From Acholeplasma sp. (lineage in GTDB: Bacteria; Bacillota_I; Bacilli_A; Acholeplasmatales; UBA5453): a stretch of 64,000 bases of DNA. The stretch covers positions 1 to 64,000 of the forward strand of contig JAVBWN010000025.1 of the NCBI GenBank assembly GCA_036677365.1, given 5' to 3'. Position numbers and translations under genes: made by a program. Below are positions 59,223 through 64,000 of this stretch, piece after piece. The notes under the pieces were generated by a model. It saw only the letters and a list, made by a program, of their open reading frames with translations. It was not told where the DNA came from and did no database searches. Within the stretch, counting starts at the first letter, position 1; every line of letters starts with the position of its first letter.

Positions 59223-60317
59223 ATGTTAAAAGTTGTTGAATTATTTGCTGGAATTGGCGCTCAAGCTCAAGCTCTTAAAGATGCCAATATTGAGCACGAA
59301 ATAGTTGCGATTAGTGAAATAGATAAGTACGCATTAAAAGTTTATGAAGCTTTGCATGGAAAGCCTAACAACCTAGGGAATATTAAAGAGATCGAGGTAT
59401 TACCCACAGCTGATTTATGGACTTATTCATTTCCTTGTACTGATATATCGTTGGCTGGTCAAATGAGGGGGTTTGATCGTGATTCTGATACTGGTAGTAG
59501 TCTATTGTGGGAAGTTGAAAGATTAATAAATAATGCAGCAATCAAAGGTAATCTACCTAAATATCTACTTATGGAAAACGTAAAAAACCTTGTAAGCAAG
59601 AGGTTCATAGGATTATTTAATGAATGGAAATCATTTCTTGAGTCACATGGATATAGAAATTACTATCAAGTTCTCAACGCTAAAGATTATGGTATCCCTC
59701 AAAATAGAGAGAGAGTGTTTATGGTCAGTACACTTGATACCAAGAACTATATTTTTCCAACAAAGATAAAACTTGAAAACAAGTTAAATGATTATTTGGA
59801 AAAGCATGTTTCAGAAAAGTATTTTTTGAGCGAAAGACTTATTAGAAATCTTTCGGATACAAATGATCGTAATGGATTCATTCGAGGGAATAGATTTCGA
59901 TTACATGATGAAAATAGTGAATATGCTTACACAATTAGCACATGCCCTGGTAGTAGAGCAACTGATAACTTCATCATGGTTCCTCAAAAGACAAAACAAG
60001 GATATGCATTGGCTCATGTTGGAGATGGTATATACACCAATAGAACGCACCAAAAAAGAGGAGTTGTTCAAAAAAATATGATTCCAACACTCAAAACATC
60101 GCCAAATGACATAGGAGTAGTTGTTGATAAAGATGATCTAATATCAATTAGGAGACTGACACCTAGAGAGTGTTGGAGGTTGATGGGGTGGAATGACAAC
60201 TGTATTGATGTAGTACTTTCATCTGGAACATCGGATACACAACTATATAAAATGGCAGGAAACAGTATAGTGATTAGCTGCTTACAAAACTTGCTAATTA
60301 TGTTAATGAGAATTTAG
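59223..60317 (+). CDS. DNA (cytosine-5)-methyltransferase, phage/MGE orphan type
   Basis: LFAGIG, SFPC, MENV, PQNRER, RRLTPREC.RLMG, AGNS. Confidence 0.93.
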   Translation: MLKVVELFAGIGAQAQALKDANIEHEIVAISEIDKYALKVYEALHGKPNNLGNIKEIEVLPTADLWTYSFPCTDISLAGQMRGFDRDSDTGSSLLWEVERLINNAAIKGNLPKYLLMENVKNLVSKRFIGLFNEWKSFLESHGYRNYYQVLNAKDYGIPQNRERVFMVSTLDTKNYIFPTKIKLENKLNDYLEKHVSEKYFLSERLIRNLSDTNDRNGFIRGNRFRLHDENSEYAYTISTCPGSRATDNFIMVPQKTKQGYALAHVGDGIYTNRTHQKRGVVQKNMIPTLKTSPNDIGVVVDKDDLISIRRLTPRECWRLMGWNDNCIDVVLSSGTSDTQLYKMAGNSIVISCLQNLLIMLMRI

Positions 60318-60340
60318 AGTGGACAGTTTGGCTAGGAGGC

Positions 60341-60369
60341 TTTAAAGTTTTTTATAAATGTGGTATAAT
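60341..60369 (+). promoter_or_regulatory. Promoter of the RM cassette
   Basis: TTTAAA-17-TATAAT with extended TG. Confidence 0.6.
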
Positions 60370-60421
60370 CGTAAAAAGTATATTATGTTTATAATATTCA
60401 GTGAGAAAGGGGTAAATTCTT

Positions 60422-61885
60422 ATGAAATTTGATTTAGGACAAGTGTTTACTCCAGAGATTATAGCTAAATATATGGTATCGTTACTTACTGCTAATAAAA
60501 ATTCATTTGTGCTTGATCCTTGTTTTGGTCATGGAGTCTTTATTTCCGAACTCATGCATATCGGATATAATGCTATAACTGGATATGAAATTGATCCAAC
60601 ACTATACGAAAAATTTAATGAAGTAATCTCCAGGTCAAGTAATCATATTCGTCTATATAACATGGATTTTTTAAGTATAAACGATCAATCTCATTATGAT
60701 GCAATTGTCATGAACCCACCATATGTACGGCAGGAAAAAATCAACAATCTTGATCATTTTGGCATAAATAAAGATAAATTACTTTCAGATAGTTTATTTA
60801 AAGGCTTAAAAAAGACTTCAAATTTGTATATGTATTTTATACTCAAAGCTATAGACTTATTAAGAGATAAAGGCGAATTGATTGCGATATTTCCAAGCAC
60901 TTGGATGGATGATCGAGGAAATCATTATTTTTATAGTGAAGTTACAAAATCCGCATCCATTAGAAGCATTACTAATGTTAAAGGTTTTGTATTTGGAAAA
61001 GAATATACAGTTGGTGTGTCAATAGTCAAAATTGTTAAGGAGTTAGTAAGTTATACACCTATAATTTCTAGTATAAAGTCTGTTAATGGAGAAATTGTTG
61101 AATTTGAAGAAGTCAAAGCTATAGATTTATCTAATCTAAATCATATTGCACTAAACAAAATAGCCATTATTACCCGAGGAATCACAACAGGGTACAATGA
61201 TTTTTATTTTAAATCTCAGATTAGCGACTCAAGATTATTGAAAGAAATGATAACTTCATCTAAAAGTATTACTGGATATTCTACACTTGATGCAAAAAAA
61301 GATAAATTCTTAGGTTTGAGTGATCCGGAATCTATTGAAGTTAAGAAGTATATTGAAAATACTATAAAAACAGTAATGAATGATAAAACACCTAAAACAA
61401 TATATAATATGATATCCAAAGGTGTTAATTGGCCCAATTTTGGTATCTTTGATAAGCAATGCTCTGGGATTATATTTAATTATATGATAAGAGAAAATAT
61501 GAAATTTATACTTAATGACGATTGCTTAGTAAGAGACAATTTTTATATCATTAAACCAAAACATAACAAGTTCTTAATTTTGACACTTTTAAATAACCAT
61601 TTTACATATTATAGATTAGAAAAAAGTGGTAAATTCTATGGTGGAGGCATGTTGAAATTACAAAAATATGATATTAGTGAATTATGTATCGTAAATCCAG
61701 ACATAATATCCGTAAAAGACACTAATAAATTATCAAAATTAGGTTTACAACTTATCAATATAGGTGAACAAGAAATAATTGATGAGATAACTTCAATATT
61801 GTCCAAGTATGAAGCTTTGTCTGCTATAATTATAAAGGAAGAATTGCAAAAGATTAAAAATGAGAGACTAAAAAGCGGGGTGTAA
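60422..61885 (+). CDS. N6-adenine DNA methyltransferase (gamma class)
   Basis: GQVFTP, LDPCFGHG, MNPPY, NLY.YF. Confidence 0.9.
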   Translation: MKFDLGQVFTPEIIAKYMVSLLTANKNSFVLDPCFGHGVFISELMHIGYNAITGYEIDPTLYEKFNEVISRSSNHIRLYNMDFLSINDQSHYDAIVMNPPYVRQEKINNLDHFGINKDKLLSDSLFKGLKKTSNLYMYFILKAIDLLRDKGELIAIFPSTWMDDRGNHYFYSEVTKSASIRSITNVKGFVFGKEYTVGVSIVKIVKELVSYTPIISSIKSVNGEIVEFEEVKAIDLSNLNHIALNKIAIITRGITTGYNDFYFKSQISDSRLLKEMITSSKSITGYSTLDAKKDKFLGLSDPESIEVKKYIENTIKTVMNDKTPKTIYNMISKGVNWPNFGIFDKQCSGIIFNYMIRENMKFILNDDCLVRDNFYIIKPKHNKFLILTLLNNHFTYYRLEKSGKFYGGGMLKLQKYDISELCIVNPDIISVKDTNKLSKLGLQLINIGEQEIIDEITSILSKYEALSAIIIKEELQKIKNERLKSGV

Positions 61886-61887
61886 TA

Positions 61888-62988
61888 ATGAAATTTTCTG
61901 TAGTAAGCTTATTTTCAGGTGGCGGAGGTCTTGACCTTGGTTTTAAATCGAATGATTTCAGCCTTATTTGGGCTTCTGACATTGATAAAAACGCTGTTGA
62001 AACATATAAATATAATATTGGAGATCATATACACCACGCAGATATTAATAATTATCCTATTGGTCAAATACCACATGCTGATGTTTTAATTGGTGGACCA
62101 CCATGTCAGTCTTTCTCACTTATTGGGAAAAGAAATGTCAATGATGATAGAGGAAAGTTAGTGTGGAAATATCTCGAAATATTAAAACATGTTAATCCAT
62201 ATTTTTTCGTTTTTGAGAATGTTACGGGTATTTTATCTGCAAAAGACAGTGATGGAAAAAAGGTACTTGATTCATTATTAGAGGAATTCAATGAACTTGG
62301 TTATGTTGTTAAATGGAATGTTATTAATGCAGCCGATTATGGAGTTCCACAAAGACGAAAGAGAGTCTTAGTTGTTGGTTCCAAATTGGGAGATTTCAAT
62401 TTTCCGAGTCAAACACATTCTATTGATGGGATAATATTACCTAAATATGTGTCAGTTTTAGAAGCGTTAGGAGATTTACCTATAGCAACAGTTAATAGTA
62501 AATCTCAAGAGTATAATCAGAAACCACTTAATAGTTACCAAAAACGTATTCGCGGTCATGCGAAAATAGTTACTGATCATAGTATTCCCACAACAAGTTC
62601 ATTAGATGAGTATATTATTCAACATGTTAAACCAGGTGGAAACTATATGGATATACCTAAAGATGTTGCTTCAGTTCGAATAAAAAGACTACAAGAACAA
62701 GGTGGACACACAACCTGTTATGGTAGACTTCATCCAAATGAGCCAGCATACACGATAAACACGTACTTTAATAGACCCAATGTCGGTTGTAATATACACT
62801 ACAGTTACAATAGATTAATAACTGTACGAGAAGCATTGCGCTTACAAGGGTTTCCCGATGATTATCAAATTATATCCTCTAGTAAGCAAGGAAAGAATTT
62901 AATTGTTGGGAATGCCGTACCTCCAATTTTGTCAGATGTTATTGCCAGACAAATCAAAAAGCATCTTGAGGCTAATTTATGTGGATAA
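61888..62988 (+). CDS. DNA (cytosine-5)-methyltransferase
   Basis: LFSGGGG, GGPPCQ, FENV, PQRRKR, TVREALRLQGF, GNAVPP. Confidence 0.94.
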   Translation: MKFSVVSLFSGGGGLDLGFKSNDFSLIWASDIDKNAVETYKYNIGDHIHHADINNYPIGQIPHADVLIGGPPCQSFSLIGKRNVNDDRGKLVWKYLEILKHVNPYFFVFENVTGILSAKDSDGKKVLDSLLEEFNELGYVVKWNVINAADYGVPQRRKRVLVVGSKLGDFNFPSQTHSIDGIILPKYVSVLEALGDLPIATVNSKSQEYNQKPLNSYQKRIRGHAKIVTDHSIPTTSSLDEYIIQHVKPGGNYMDIPKDVASVRIKRLQEQGGHTTCYGRLHPNEPAYTINTYFNRPNVGCNIHYSYNRLITVREALRLQGFPDDYQIISSSKQGKNLIVGNAVPPILSDVIARQIKKHLEANLCG

Positions 62989-64000
62989 ACTATTCTGATT
63001 CCGAGGTTAATATCTATCATCCTCTGTGTGAAACAGCTCTAAAGTTAGCATTAAAAGAATTACGACTTAGTGATTCATATAGTGTGATTCATCATCAATA
63101 TGCCGGATCACTTGAAATGGACTATGTTATAGAGAACAATAGTACTAAGAAAATACTTTGCGTTGTTGAAGTAAAAAGAACACCAAATGACGTACAAAGC
63201 ACTCGGTTTCAATACCAAGCGATGTCGTATATTCAGCAACTTTTTTATAGATTAGAAAAGCCATATTATTTAATTACAAATTTAGAAAAAGCTTATTCGT
63301 TTAGATATGATAATCAAAATCCTCAACCATATCAACAAATGTTATCTCCAGGTTTAATATCAATTGGAGATTTTTCAAGTTCTACTAACAGTACCGAGCA
63401 CATCAAAAAGCTTGTGAAATTTTTCAAAAAATACATATATGATGTCATGGCAGATAATTACGAATATTACCTTACACTTACAAATTTTTCAAACCTAATT
63501 GAAGACATTAAAGATAGCGATACAAGTTGGAAATCCAATATTGCAGTATTATTGTATGAGTACATAAGGGGTTCATTTTATGCTATATCAAGATTTGAGT
63601 TAAGAGACATAAGAGCCTTTAACAACAATTTGAAAAAGATCTGTTTGGAAGCTTCTAAGATAAATTTCTCACAGATTTTCAATTTTGATTATCAAAATTA
63701 TCCTGTGAATTCTGTTGTAGATAACAGATTATTAGAAAGTTTATTCAATTTTGCAAAAACGAATATAAATGGTGATTTAGTTTCAAATATTATCCATTCA
63801 GTTATCTCAGAGGGAAATGAACATAACGGTGAAGTATCAACAGATCCAGAGTTAGCTAAATTTGCTTCTTTATTAGCCAAATTGTATATTGGAGAAATAG
63901 ATGAGAGTGATTATATTTGCGACCCAGCAGCAGGTAGTGGAAATTTGCTTGAGTCTGCAATTTCGGTTTTTAATATTGAACCAAAGCAAATAATCGCAAA
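62979..64000 (+). CDS. Type IIG restriction-modification enzyme (BpuSI-like), 3'-truncated by the window; absent from the ORF track
   Basis: Manual translation of both ends: MWINYSDSEVNIYHP...MDYVIENNSTKKILCVVEVKR...QAMSY (D-x15-ExK nuclease), then GEVSTDPELA...ICDPAAGSGNLL (MTase motif I). Confidence 0.8.
   Translation, partial: MWINYSDSEVNIYHPLCETALKLALKELRLSDSYSVIHHQYAGSLEMDYVIENNSTKKILCVVEVKRTPNDVQSTRFQYQAMSYIQQLFYRLEKPYYLITNLEKAYSFRYDNQNPQPYQQMLSPGLISIGDFSSSTNSTEHIKKLVKFFKKYIYDVMADNYEYYLTLTNFSNLIEDIKDSDTSWKSNIAVLLYEYIRGSFYAISRFELRDIRAFNNNLKKICLEASKINFSQIFNFDYQNYPVNSVVDNRLLESLFNFAKTNINGDLVSNIIHSVISEGNEHNGEVSTDPELAKFASLLAKLYIGEIDESDYICDPAAGSGNLLESAISVFNIEPKQIIA

Larger units (their letters stand above)
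44865..64000. mobile_element. Composite integrative element/prophage-like island at the rlmD 3' end (continues past the window)
   Basis: Visible shift to more AT-rich sequence after rlmD; serine recombinase pointing towards rlmD; phage regulatory and replication genes; RM cargo; the rlmD/rumA 3' end is a known integration hotspot in Bacillota. Confidence 0.85.

Noticed and set aside
47..63880. Many short ORFs from the six-frame track overlapping long genes (e.g. 47-412, 14963-15310, 44069-44437, 48008-48418, 49686-50111, 63698-63880)
   Set aside because: Antisense or alternate-frame shadows of well-supported genes, with no recognisable motifs

Overview
Low-GC Bacillota/Mollicutes-type chromosome, most likely Acholeplasmataceae. 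This is an inference from protein style and gene order; TGA is used as a stop, i.e. code 11. There are three zones. (1) 1-19.3 kb: housekeeping genes (rdgB, ysnB-like phosphoesterase, choline-kinase-like, degenerate GGDEF/EAL protein plus HEPN-motif protein, cls, pncB, padR, GH105, MATE, queG, trmL, pcp, ackA). (2) 19.3-42.5 kb: a LacI-controlled polysaccharide utilisation locus with an 8-gene ABC-type importer, two GH144, a GH13, a GH3 and a GH94 phosphorylase, best explained as beta-1,2-glucan utilisation. (3) From the 3' end of rlmD (~44.87 kb) to the window end: a more AT-rich mobile region. It starts with a 7.5-kb lipid-metabolism/ABC cargo bracketed by a duplicated ~40-bp end motif. Then comes a phage-like integrative element with a large serine recombinase, a CI/Cro-like switch, a second (tyrosine) recombinase, antirepressor, excisionase-like protein, DUF4373-type initiator with internal 21-bp iterons, and a RinA/ArpU-like regulator. 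It ends with three methyltransferases and an unlisted BpuSI-like type IIG RM gene cut by the window edge. The most notable observation: the structured 3' trailer of the repressor gene carries ~60 nt (with a perfect 16-mer) complementary to the tyrosine-recombinase mRNA, and a second small counter-transcribed RNA lies in that gene's leader. Together they suggest an RNA-based control circuit for the element. No rRNA, tRNA or CRISPR array was seen.
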